DNA of 56,818 bases from a bacterium. GTDB taxonomy: Bacteria; Patescibacteriota; CPR2; UBA1875; JAJYID01. The notes beneath the pieces are model-generated. The model saw only the letters and a program-made list of their open reading frames with translations. It was not told where the DNA came from and searched no databases. Where the stretch lies: contig JAUSJO010000002.1 in the NCBI GenBank assembly GCA_030647205.1, positions 371,771-428,588 on the forward strand. Reading direction: 5' to 3'. How positions within the stretch are numbered: the stretch's first letter is position 1; each line of letters opens with the position of its first letter. Of this stretch, positions 21,459-28,457 are shown in pieces. The translations under genes and the position numbers were made by a program.

Positions 21459-21463
21459 ACAAT

Positions 21464-21492
21464 AAAAAAGTCCCGGTTTAAATCCGGGACTT
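21464..21492 (-). terminator. terminator of gene 21520-21897
   Basis: GTCCCGG-TTTAAAT-CCGGGAC. T-run on the minus strand. Confidence 0.65.
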
Positions 21493-21519
21493 GTGTCTGT
21501 ATAGTGTGCCGCTTGTTTT

Positions 21520-21897
21520 TTAGAGGACCGCAAATACCTCTTTGAAGATCTCGCCATGAAAATGGCTGTTTCTTCCTTTGGGATCATCGGGCAACCGGAA
21601 GAAAATCTGATCTCCTGAGAGGCCGTTTTCATCTCTCAGCTCAACGAATCCGCCCCCAGCGAAGTACTTGTGGCCGTGTTTTACCTGATGGATCTGCATT
21701 TCCTCGTTCTCGTCGCCGATAGCGACCAGCGCATCAAACATCTCGGCACTGCCGCCAACCTCAAGGGGGATGCATGACGTGGCCGGTCCGAAAATCACAC
21801 AGTATTTAGCGCTTTTCCTTTGCCCGAAGAATAAAACCACATCTCCATCTGGCAAACCTTTTAATACTGGTTTATCTTCTTCTATTACAATGTGCAA
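21520..21897 (-). CDS. hypothetical protein (125 aa, TTG start)
   Basis: GAGGAGG SD 5 nt before TTG 21897. The longer ORF to 21963 lacks an SD. No motif recognised. Confidence 0.45.
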   Translation of the reverse strand: MHIVIEEDKPVLKGLPDGDVVLFFGQRKSAKYCVIFGPATSCIPLEVGGSAEMFDALVAIGDENEEMQIHQVKHGHKYFAGGGFVELRDENGLSGDQIFFRLPDDPKGRNSHFHGEIFKEVFAVL

Positions 21898-21981
21898 GAT
21901 CGCCTCCTCGTGTTGTGTGTAATCTGATAAGCAAATTATAGCACTTCTAAGCCAAATTGTCAATCAATAGGAGTTACTAAT

Positions 21982-22020
21982 TCTTTTTCCTCATTAAACT
22001 CATTTCGGGGTAGAGATTTT
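21982..22020 (-). repeat. exact 39-bp copy of the U32 peptidase gene 3' end (copy A)
   Basis: TCTTTTTCCTCATTAAACTCATTTCGGGGTAGAGATTTT is identical to 22318-22356. Reads NLYPEMSLMRKKN* on the minus strand. Confidence 0.85.
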
Positions 22021-22072
22021 GTGTTTTATATCAATCTATTGATTCTAATTATTCTTATGTTAGTATAAATTT

Positions 22073-22312
22073 ATGCAAAAGAATTTAATTCTAATAATAG
22101 TAGCAATTGTTATTATTGTTATAAGTAGCCTAATCTTTGTCTTTTTTTACTACGGTCCCGTGTGGAGTGAAAAACCGCAAATTTCTAGTAAACAGTGTGC
22201 ACATCTAGGCGGAAGATCGGTGAATACCTTAAATGGTGCAACTTGTTCTGGAAAAAAATTTCTCGGAGAGCTTACAGGTATGAAGTGTCCTTGTATTTGT
22301 TGTAAAGAATAG
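22073..22312 (+). CDS. small membrane-anchored Cys-rich protein (79 aa)
   Basis: N-terminal TM LILIIVAIVIIVISSLIFVFFYY. C-terminal CAHLGG...CSGKK...CPCICC. Lies between repeat copies A and B. Confidence 0.45.
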   Translation: MQKNLILIIVAIVIIVISSLIFVFFYYGPVWSEKPQISSKQCAHLGGRSVNTLNGATCSGKKFLGELTGMKCPCICCKE

Positions 22313-23650
22313 TTAAATCTTTTTCCTCATTAAACTCATTTCGGGGTAGAGATTTTTTAGTTTGAGATATGCCATTTGGCCTGTTTTACCGGGATTTATA
22401 ACTTCTAATTCTTTTCCCGACTCATCAAGAATGCCGAGGACTCTTTCTTTGTAAACTTTGTTGGGAGTTATGACGTCCATGTTATCTCCGACTTTGATTT
22501 GATTTCTGACTTCAATGTAGTTCCAGTTGTCATCAGGATCACTATTTTTGTCATCCTGAGGTACGAAGGATCTCGAGATTCTTCCTTCGTCAGAATGACG
22601 GGAGGGTAGGTCTGAATGATGGGGAGATAGAGCAGAATGCCGCTTTGGGATAGGGCGAACTACGGCTATGAAATTATAGTTTCTCACTGGTTGGCGGGAA
22701 GGATAGGTTTCGCCCTTTTTCGCATTTCCGAATGCAAAGCCTGTGGTATATCCGCGGTAGTTTAATGTGACAAGTTCTTTCATCAGCTCCTTTTTCAGTT
22801 TCGCATCATATTTTCCCGATTCGACCGCATCTAGGGCAGTTCGGTAGGCGCGCGTGACGACACCGAGATAGTAGATAGATTTATTTCGGCCTTCTATTTT
22901 AAGTCCTGAGATTCCGGATTTTTGGATTTCATCCAAATGTTCTATAAGGGCTAAATCTTTAGAATTCATTAAATATGTGCCGTCACCGTTTTCTTCGACA
23001 GGGAAATACTCTCCGGGGCGGAGCTTTTCCTCTAGATAAACTTTATAGTTCCATCTGCATGGCTGGGCGCAGTCGCCGAGATTTGCTTCGCGGCCTGTTA
23101 TATAGGCGGACAGGAGACAACGGCCGGAGTAGGAGATACACATAGCGCCGTGGACAAACATCTCGAGTTCTATGTCCGGTACTGCATCATGAATCTTCTT
23201 TATTTCTTTCAAGGATAGTTCGCGCGCCAATATCACTCTTTTCACGCCAAAATCCTTCCAGAGCTTCACTGCCTCTGCATTTACCGTATTTTGTTGTGTT
23301 GAAACGTGAATCGGGATTTTTGGTGCATTATCCTTGACTAGCTTTAAAACTCCCATGTCGGCGATGACAAATGCATCGGGATTTAGGGCTGCAATTTTCT
23401 TAATGTCAGAAGCTAGGGTTTTGAGATGTTTATCGTGAGCAAAGATATTGAAAGTGATGTAAACTCTTTTACCGAGTTTGTGTGCGTACTGAATCGTTGA
23501 TTTAATTTCGCTAATTGTGAATCGTACCTCTGTCTTTCGCATACTATATTTCGCCATGCCGAGATAGACGGCATCCGCGCCATACTCAAAAGCAAAGCGC
23601 GCTTTCTCCGGATCTCCGGCGGGTAAAATTAGTTCTGGTTTTATCTTCAT
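22313..23650 (-). CDS. peptidase U32 family protein
   Basis: ELILPAGDPEKARFAFEYGADAVYLG and EMFVHGAMCISYSGRCLLS signatures. ATG 23650 has TATAAT 7 nt upstream, so the longer ORF to 23725 (which runs through a hairpin) is rejected. Confidence 0.85.
   Translation of the reverse strand: MKIKPELILPAGDPEKARFAFEYGADAVYLGMAKYSMRKTEVRFTISEIKSTIQYAHKLGKRVYITFNIFAHDKHLKTLASDIKKIAALNPDAFVIADMGVLKLVKDNAPKIPIHVSTQQNTVNAEAVKLWKDFGVKRVILARELSLKEIKKIHDAVPDIELEMFVHGAMCISYSGRCLLSAYITGREANLGDCAQPCRWNYKVYLEEKLRPGEYFPVEENGDGTYLMNSKDLALIEHLDEIQKSGISGLKIEGRNKSIYYLGVVTRAYRTALDAVESGKYDAKLKKELMKELVTLNYRGYTTGFAFGNAKKGETYPSRQPVRNYNFIAVVRPIPKRHSALSPHHSDLPSRHSDEGRISRSFVPQDDKNSDPDDNWNYIEVRNQIKVGDNMDVITPNKVYKERVLGILDESGKELEVINPGKTGQMAYLKLKNLYPEMSLMRKKI
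22318..22356 (-). repeat. 39-bp repeat copy B (functional 3' end of the U32 gene)
   Basis: Identical to 21982-22020. Encodes ...NLYPEMSLMRKKI*. Confidence 0.85.
22591..22653 (-). repeat. 3 x 21-bp tandem repeat inside the U32 gene
   Basis: CAGAATGACGGGAGGGTAGGT / CTGAATGATGGGGAGATAGAG / CAGAATGCCGCTTTGGGATAG. Encodes heptads KRHSALS-PHHSDLP-SRHSDEG. Confidence 0.7.
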
Positions 23651-23746
23651 AGAGAGAATTATAACATTATTTTTTTCTTTATAATAAAAAAGACCCCGCG
23701 TTTCAGCGGAGCCTAGGTAAAACATGAATTTCAGAGATTGGGCTTG

Positions 23747-23902
23747 CTAACTTCCTTGTCTAAGTATAATCCACTTAGAAAGATAGTAAGCCGCTGCCAC
23801 ACAGGCGATAGCCACGAGTGCACTATGTATAAAATATGCAATCGTTCCGGCACCAAGCCAGGATAGGGCAATCCCCAATACATCGGTCATACTAAGGTGC
23901 AT
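23747..23902 (-). CDS. small membrane protein (51 aa), not in ORF track
   Basis: AGGAGG SD 6 nt before ATG. MHLSMTDVLGIALSWLGAGTIAYFIHSALVAIACVAAAYYLSKWIILRQGS. Hairpin plus T-run downstream. Confidence 0.5.
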   Translation of the reverse strand: MHLSMTDVLGIALSWLGAGTIAYFIHSALVAIACVAAAYYLSKWIILRQGS

Positions 23903-23938
23903 AACGGTCCTCCTTTGCTCTGGACTAGTTACTTGGCT

Positions 23939-24100
23939 TTACTGCCGGTTTTCTTTCAGATTCCATGCGTGGGCGGGGTCAGGATAGAACGTTATCGCAA
24001 CGTTACCGTGCCCAATTTCTTTTATACGTACGAGCCAGCCTCCGGGGACTTCCATGCGCTCGGTAATACAACCATTCTCGTCTGGTACGATCTGCCACAT
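23939..24100 (-). CDS. small protein (53 aa), not in ORF track
   Basis: AAGGAG SD 5 nt before ATG. MWQIVPDENGCITERMEVPGGWLVRIKEIGHGNVAITFYPDPAHAWNLKENRQ. Confidence 0.5.
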   Translation of the reverse strand: MWQIVPDENGCITERMEVPGGWLVRIKEIGHGNVAITFYPDPAHAWNLKENRQ

Positions 24101-24235
24101 AATGTCTCCTTAAAAGTTTCGTGGTCATCTTCGTGATGACGCATATAACGATTATTATAACACTAACGTTTATATATGTCAACTATATTTTACATTTTTT
24201 GCCAAGTGTCAGCTAAAAGAGGTATAATTAAAACC

Positions 24236-24688
24236 ATGATTATTAGAGAAGCTAAGATTAGCGACATTGCTGAGATTCGAAAGCTTGGTGCAAATGTCTA
24301 CGAGTTTAGTACTACTGAAGAAGTGGTTACTTTTTGGCCTGAGCATATTCTTCGTAATTGTGTCGAGAGCAAAACCGACTGGCTGCTAGTAGCTGAAAAG
24401 GATTCGGAAATCATTGGATTTATCATTTGCAACAATAGCCGGGTATTTAAAAAAGCCGTTATTGAGAATGTATTTGTATCTCCCCTCCATAGGAAAAAAG
24501 GGGTAGGGAAAAAGCTGCTGGAGTCTTTGCTTGCCAAAATTCAGTTAACTGACTGTGAATATGTCGCCGTTGCTACCGGGGACAACAACAATACAGCAAT
24601 TAGCTTCTATGTAAAAAATGGTTTCAACAGAGGTGGGAATTTTGCATGGATGGATAAAGTGCTTTCAGAAAAATTTAGTAAGTTATGA
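24236..24688 (+). CDS. GNAT-family N-acetyltransferase
   Basis: VSPLHRKKGVGKKLLE acetyl-CoA motif. TATAAT 24223-24228 lies 7 nt before ATG 24236. Confidence 0.75.
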   Translation: MIIREAKISDIAEIRKLGANVYEFSTTEEVVTFWPEHILRNCVESKTDWLLVAEKDSEIIGFIICNNSRVFKKAVIENVFVSPLHRKKGVGKKLLESLLAKIQLTDCEYVAVATGDNNNTAISFYVKNGFNRGGNFAWMDKVLSEKFSKL

Positions 24689-25206
24689 GTAAGAATATGA
24701 GTTCTATAAATGATGAAAAATTCATGAAGGAGGCGCTCAAAGAAGCAGAAACTTCTTTGAGGGAAGGTAATTGGCCGATAGGTTGTGTGATTGAGCTTGA
24801 TGGTAAAATTATCGCGCGTGCACACAATCAGGTTTATACCCAAAACGATAAAACGGCTCATGCGGAGATGCTGGCAATAAAGCAGGTTCAGGACGTCTTG
24901 ATGAAGAACGTGAGAAAAGCTACTCTTTATACGACATATGAGCCATGTCCTATGTGTTTTGGCGGAATAATTCTCAGCAAAATAAAAAGGGTCGTTTCCG
25001 GTATAGACTTAGATAAAAGTGGCTCAATGTATTTTAAGGAAAATCTTCCGATTCTCTTTAAATCAGATAAGTTTGATGTGAAATTTGAAACGGGAATTCT
25101 TGCCGATGAATCGTATGAAATTTTTATTCAAGGAGAACCAACCAAAAAACTACTAGAAAATGGGTTAATAAGAAAAAAGCCGCCGATTGCCCGGTTGCAA
25201 TCGTGA
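24685..25206 (+). CDS. CDA-fold nucleoside/nucleotide deaminase (TadA / guanine deaminase-like)
   Basis: HAEMLAI and PCPMCFGGI zinc-binding motifs. ATGA overlap with the GNAT stop. Confidence 0.8.
   Translation: MSKNMSSINDEKFMKEALKEAETSLREGNWPIGCVIELDGKIIARAHNQVYTQNDKTAHAEMLAIKQVQDVLMKNVRKATLYTTYEPCPMCFGGIILSKIKRVVSGIDLDKSGSMYFKENLPILFKSDKFDVKFETGILADESYEIFIQGEPTKKLLENGLIRKKPPIARLQS
25167..25198 (+). repeat. direct repeat copy 1 (degenerate hairpin) inside the deaminase 3' end
   Basis: AATAAGAAAAAAGCCGCCGATTGCCCGGTTGC compared with 25893-25923: about 28 of 31 positions identical. Confidence 0.7.
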
Positions 25207-25228
25207 GGATAAAGATTATAGTGAGGCA

Positions 25229-25879
25229 ATGATAAACGTAGACACAGAACTGAGAAATCAGCTAATAAAAATTGCGAAAGAGAAGATCCCGGATGTTGAT
25301 GCTTCCCATGATTTTGAGCATGCTCTTCGGGTTTTGACTAATGCGCAGAACATTGTAAAAGGAGAGGGTGGAGACCTTGATGTTATCGTCCCGGCTGCCT
25401 TATTCCACGACTTGGTTGTCTACCAGAAAAACCATCCTGAAAAACATAAGTCTCAGGAAGAAAGCGCTGAAGAAGCGCAGAAGATATTAAACTCTCTTGA
25501 AGGATTTCCAAAACAGAAAATAGAAGAGGTAAAAAATTGTATTTTAGAATGTTCCTTTAGTAAAAGTATTCAGCCTAAAACTCTGGAATCAAAAATAATC
25601 CAAGACTCTGATGGGCTTGAGGCAACGGGAGCTATCTCCATAATGAGAACATTCTCTTCGACAGGACAAATGAAGAGGGCTTTCTATAACTCGAACGACC
25701 CTTTTTGTGAAAATCGTGAAGTTGATGCGCTTACTTTTGGGCTAGATCTGTTTTTTGAAAGACTGCTGATGGTTGCAGATAGAATGCACACCAAGACGGC
25801 TAGAAAGATCGCGGAAAGAAGAACTGAGTTTTTGAAGGTTTTCTTGGAGGAGCTCAAGATAGAGTTAGAAGGGAAATAG
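25229..25879 (+). CDS. HD-domain metal-dependent phosphohydrolase
   Basis: HDFEHALRV, LFHDLV, QDSDGLEATGA. TATAGT lies 6 nt before ATG 25229. Confidence 0.7.
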   Translation: MINVDTELRNQLIKIAKEKIPDVDASHDFEHALRVLTNAQNIVKGEGGDLDVIVPAALFHDLVVYQKNHPEKHKSQEESAEEAQKILNSLEGFPKQKIEEVKNCILECSFSKSIQPKTLESKIIQDSDGLEATGAISIMRTFSSTGQMKRAFYNSNDPFCENREVDALTFGLDLFFERLLMVADRMHTKTARKIAERRTEFLKVFLEELKIELEGK

Positions 25880-25892
25880 TTTAGGTCTAGTG

Positions 25893-25923
25893 AATAAGAA
25901 AAAACCACCGATTGCTCGGTGGC
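25893..25923. terminator. direct repeat copy 2, forming a perfect hairpin terminator
   Basis: AATAAGAAAAAACCACCG-ATTGCT-CGGTGGCTTTT between convergent genes. Confidence 0.7.
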
Positions 25924-25964
25924 TTTTAAAGAAAAACGTTGAGATTGGTCCTTTGCCGGACCTG

Positions 25965-26402
25965 TCAGGCCGGGAATATTTCGGCTACGCCGTGATCGAC
26001 TACCACGACAGCGACCTCAGTCATGTCGTGCAACTTTTTAGCCGCCTCCTCATCGAACTTATCGAGGGCTTCCTCGACCCAACTGCGATCTACCATGCCG
26101 CGAGCGAAAGGAATCTCACCCTGGTCACGGATCTCTTGCCAATCAAATCCCGGCATCAAAATATCTGCCAGGGGGCCACCGTGCGGATCGTCGACATTGA
26201 GTACTACTATAACGTACTCAGATGCATCTAGCTGGCGGTCTTTCATACGAACCTTGAAGTGGGCGACACGATCGGCGTTGATCTCCAGGGTGTTTTCGCA
26301 GTTGTGTTTGTCTATCGCACGGATTACTTCCAGTGCTTGAGGGTCGTCCAGGACGATCTCCCCGCCTATTTCTCGTACAACTGCTCTCGGTTCATCGTTC
26401 AT
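25965..26402 (-). CDS. hypothetical acidic protein (145 aa)
   Basis: TAGGAGGAGAAAGC SD before ATG. GC-rich. No motif recognised. The plus-strand ORFs overlapping it lack SDs. Confidence 0.55.
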   Translation of the reverse strand: MNDEPRAVVREIGGEIVLDDPQALEVIRAIDKHNCENTLEINADRVAHFKVRMKDRQLDASEYVIVVLNVDDPHGGPLADILMPGFDWQEIRDQGEIPFARGMVDRSWVEEALDKFDEEAAKKLHDMTEVAVVVVDHGVAEIFPA

Positions 26403-26441
26403 GCTTTCTCCTCCTAGGGTTGAAGTTGTTTTGCCGAGAAT

Positions 26442-26651
26442 TTATCGGTCGTTTGTTTGGGACAGAATGTTGTTAATTTTGTCGAGGTTTGTTTCCAGTA
26501 ATTCTTCCTTGGCTTCGGGATCGTCGATGATTTCATCCTAGTCGAAGCCACTTCTCCCGAAGATATCATCTGCTATCGTGAACAAAATATTCTTTGCGAT
26601 GTCTAGTCGCGGTGTTTCATATCTATTTTCGTATTCGTCTAACAATGACAT
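26442..26651 (-). pseudogene. 69-codon reading frame interrupted by an in-frame TAG (26538-26540)
   Basis: Consensus promoter and AAAGGAA SD. MSLLDEYENRYETPRLDIAKNILFTIADDIFGRSGFD*DEIIDDPEAKEELLETNLDKINNILSQTNDR*. Confidence 0.4.
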
Positions 26652-26713
26652 GTGAATTCCTTTCTTGATTTGTTGGGGTTCGTGGTCACCTTTATGATGA
26701 CACATAGATTTAG

Positions 26714-26742
26714 ATTATATCACTTATGTTTAAAAACGTCAA
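26714..26742 (-). promoter_or_regulatory. consensus sigma-70 promoter (minus strand)
   Basis: On the minus strand, TTGACG-17 nt-TATAAT. Confidence 0.65.
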
Positions 26743-26900
26743 TATACTTGGCTTCTGTAAGCTAGAGTAAATGATTAAATTATAGAAAAAACAGCCGCTT
26801 ACGGACTAAAAAATTAGAAAAAACACCAAAACTTGGTAGTCACAAAGTGTTAATATTGTTAAGATAAAGAGAATAATAATTAAATAAGTAAAGGGGAAAC

Positions 26901-27401
26901 ATGGGAGATAAAACTACCAAGAACTTAAAAGATGCATTTGCCGGTGAGTCGCAGGCATCGAGAAAATATGCAAGTTTTAGTAAAAAAGCAAAAGATGAGG
27001 GTAACGAACAGGTTGCCAAACTTTTTAAGGCTGCATCTATCGGTGAGGAACATCATGCTAGGAATCATTTGAAAGCAATGAAGGGCGTTGGGAGTATAGA
27101 AGAGAACTTGCAAGCAGCATATGCCGGTGAGACGGAAGAGATAGACAACATGTATCCGGGGATGATTGACTCGGCTAAAGAAGAAGGAGCGAGTGAGGCT
27201 GAGGAGTCGTTTACTTGGGCGATGACTGTAGAGAAAGAGCACCAGGGGTTTTTCAATAAGGCTAGTGAACAGTTAGGGAACAATGAAGCAGTGGAGTATT
27301 ATGTTTGCGGAAACTGCGGGCATGTTCACCTAGGTGAGGCGCCGGAGAACTGCCCTGTATGCGGATTCCCCAAAAGTCAGTTTGACCATATCGAAATATA
27401 A
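26901..27401 (+). CDS. rubrerythrin
   Basis: AFAGESQASRKY, EEHHARNH and EKEH di-iron ligand motifs plus C-terminal rubredoxin-like CGNCGH...CPVCG. Confidence 0.9.
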   Translation: MGDKTTKNLKDAFAGESQASRKYASFSKKAKDEGNEQVAKLFKAASIGEEHHARNHLKAMKGVGSIEENLQAAYAGETEEIDNMYPGMIDSAKEEGASEAEESFTWAMTVEKEHQGFFNKASEQLGNNEAVEYYVCGNCGHVHLGEAPENCPVCGFPKSQFDHIEI

Positions 27402-27438
27402 CAAAAATGGCTACAAAAAGATTATCTCAAAAAAACAC

Positions 27439-27467
27439 TTGACAAGGGAGTATAAGCGTGATATACT
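27439..27467 (+). promoter_or_regulatory. consensus promoter with no ORF for about 300 nt downstream
   Basis: TTGACA 27439-27444, 17-nt spacer, TATACT 27462-27467. Confidence 0.55.
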
Positions 27468-27768
27468 GTTGCATCACGGTAAGAAAAGACAGTAACGGTT
27501 GAGTGAGCCACGCTAACGAGCGGGGTAAGAAATTTGACAAAATAGATTGTAGTTGGAGCAACTGGGTCCGCGCCACTAATATCTTTTGAAGGGACACGTA
27601 CCGTGTCAAAGCGGGATATATCATTAATTTGATCCCAAAGCTTTTCGGAAGATAGTTGACCTTTCTCGGTTGCTCTTTTTGTTTCATAAATTTAAACGTT
27701 CTAATTATTCTAGTTGGTATACAAGTCTAACGACTATAGCAATTAAAACATTTAAAGCGGAGTTTAAG

Positions 27769-28341
27769 ATGGAAGATTTAAATTGGAAGATGTTAATAGT
27801 CCCCGTCATAATCCTTTTTGTATTTATTGGCGGAATCATCGGTATAGTGAACTGGCAGAAGTCAAAAAAAGAACTTCCTGTCGTTACGACTGTAAACCTG
27901 CCGGAAGGCGAGGTTCAAAGTGCTGAAAAAGAGCTTACAGTGAGTGGTAAAGTAAGCAAGGGCGACGAAGTTTTTATCAATGATCAAGAAGCAAACGTTG
28001 AAAAGGACGGTTCATATTCAAAGGTGGTCACTCTAAATGAAGGCGAAAACAAGATCGTGGTTAAAGAGAAGAGAAACGGAAAAGAAGTTAGTACTATAGA
28101 GAGGACTGTTAAGTATACTGCTCCTGTAGCACAAACTCCTGCTACTCCTAGCGTCCAAAATCCTGTAGTCGGGCAACCTTCTACTCCTGTAGCACCAACT
28201 GCTATGCAAGCGCCATCAAACCTGTCTACATCCGGTCCGGAGGAAGTAATAATTCCGGTAGTCGGCATGGGTGGGGTGGTATTGGTAGTAGCATTTTATT
28301 TCAAAAGTAAAAAACAGCTTGCATTGAACTTGAGAAAATAA
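27769..28341 (+). CDS. surface protein with N-terminal anchor, Ig-like domain, Pro-rich linker and C-terminal sorting-signal-like tail
   Basis: GGAG SD before ATG 27769. N-terminal TM. VSGKVSKGDEVFINDQEANVEKDGSYSKVVTLNEGENKIVV. The C-terminus has LSTSG, then a hydrophobic helix, then KSKKQ. Confidence 0.6.
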   Translation: MEDLNWKMLIVPVIILFVFIGGIIGIVNWQKSKKELPVVTTVNLPEGEVQSAEKELTVSGKVSKGDEVFINDQEANVEKDGSYSKVVTLNEGENKIVVKEKRNGKEVSTIERTVKYTAPVAQTPATPSVQNPVVGQPSTPVAPTAMQAPSNLSTSGPEEVIIPVVGMGGVVLVVAFYFKSKKQLALNLRK

Positions 28342-28358
28342 ATTCAAATTAAATTCAT

Positions 28359-28389
28359 AAAATAACGGCCCGCTTGGGCCGTTATTTTT
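28359..28389 (+). terminator. rho-independent terminator
   Basis: AAAATAACGGCCC-GCTT-GGGCCGTTATTTT. Confidence 0.8.
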
Positions 28390-28457
28390 AATTGCATGGA
28401 CAAAATACTTTTAAGAAATTATAGTATAAGCATTATTTTAAGAAAGGTATAAAAAAG

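Noticed and set aside
21426-21632. 68-aa minus-strand ORF
   Set aside because: Only its last 8-10 codons are meaningful, as the U32 3' remnant. The rest overlaps the better-supported gene 21520-21897 in another frame and crosses a terminator hairpin.
25890-26340. Plus-strand ORFs of 113 and 105 aa
   Set aside because: They overlap the minus-strand gene 25965-26402, which has a strong GGAGGAG SD. The first one begins inside the terminator repeat.
27427-27687. 86-aa minus-strand ORF in the long intergenic region
   Set aside because: It has no SD and an implausible Leu/Gln/Ser-rich composition, and it runs antisense through a consensus plus-strand promoter.
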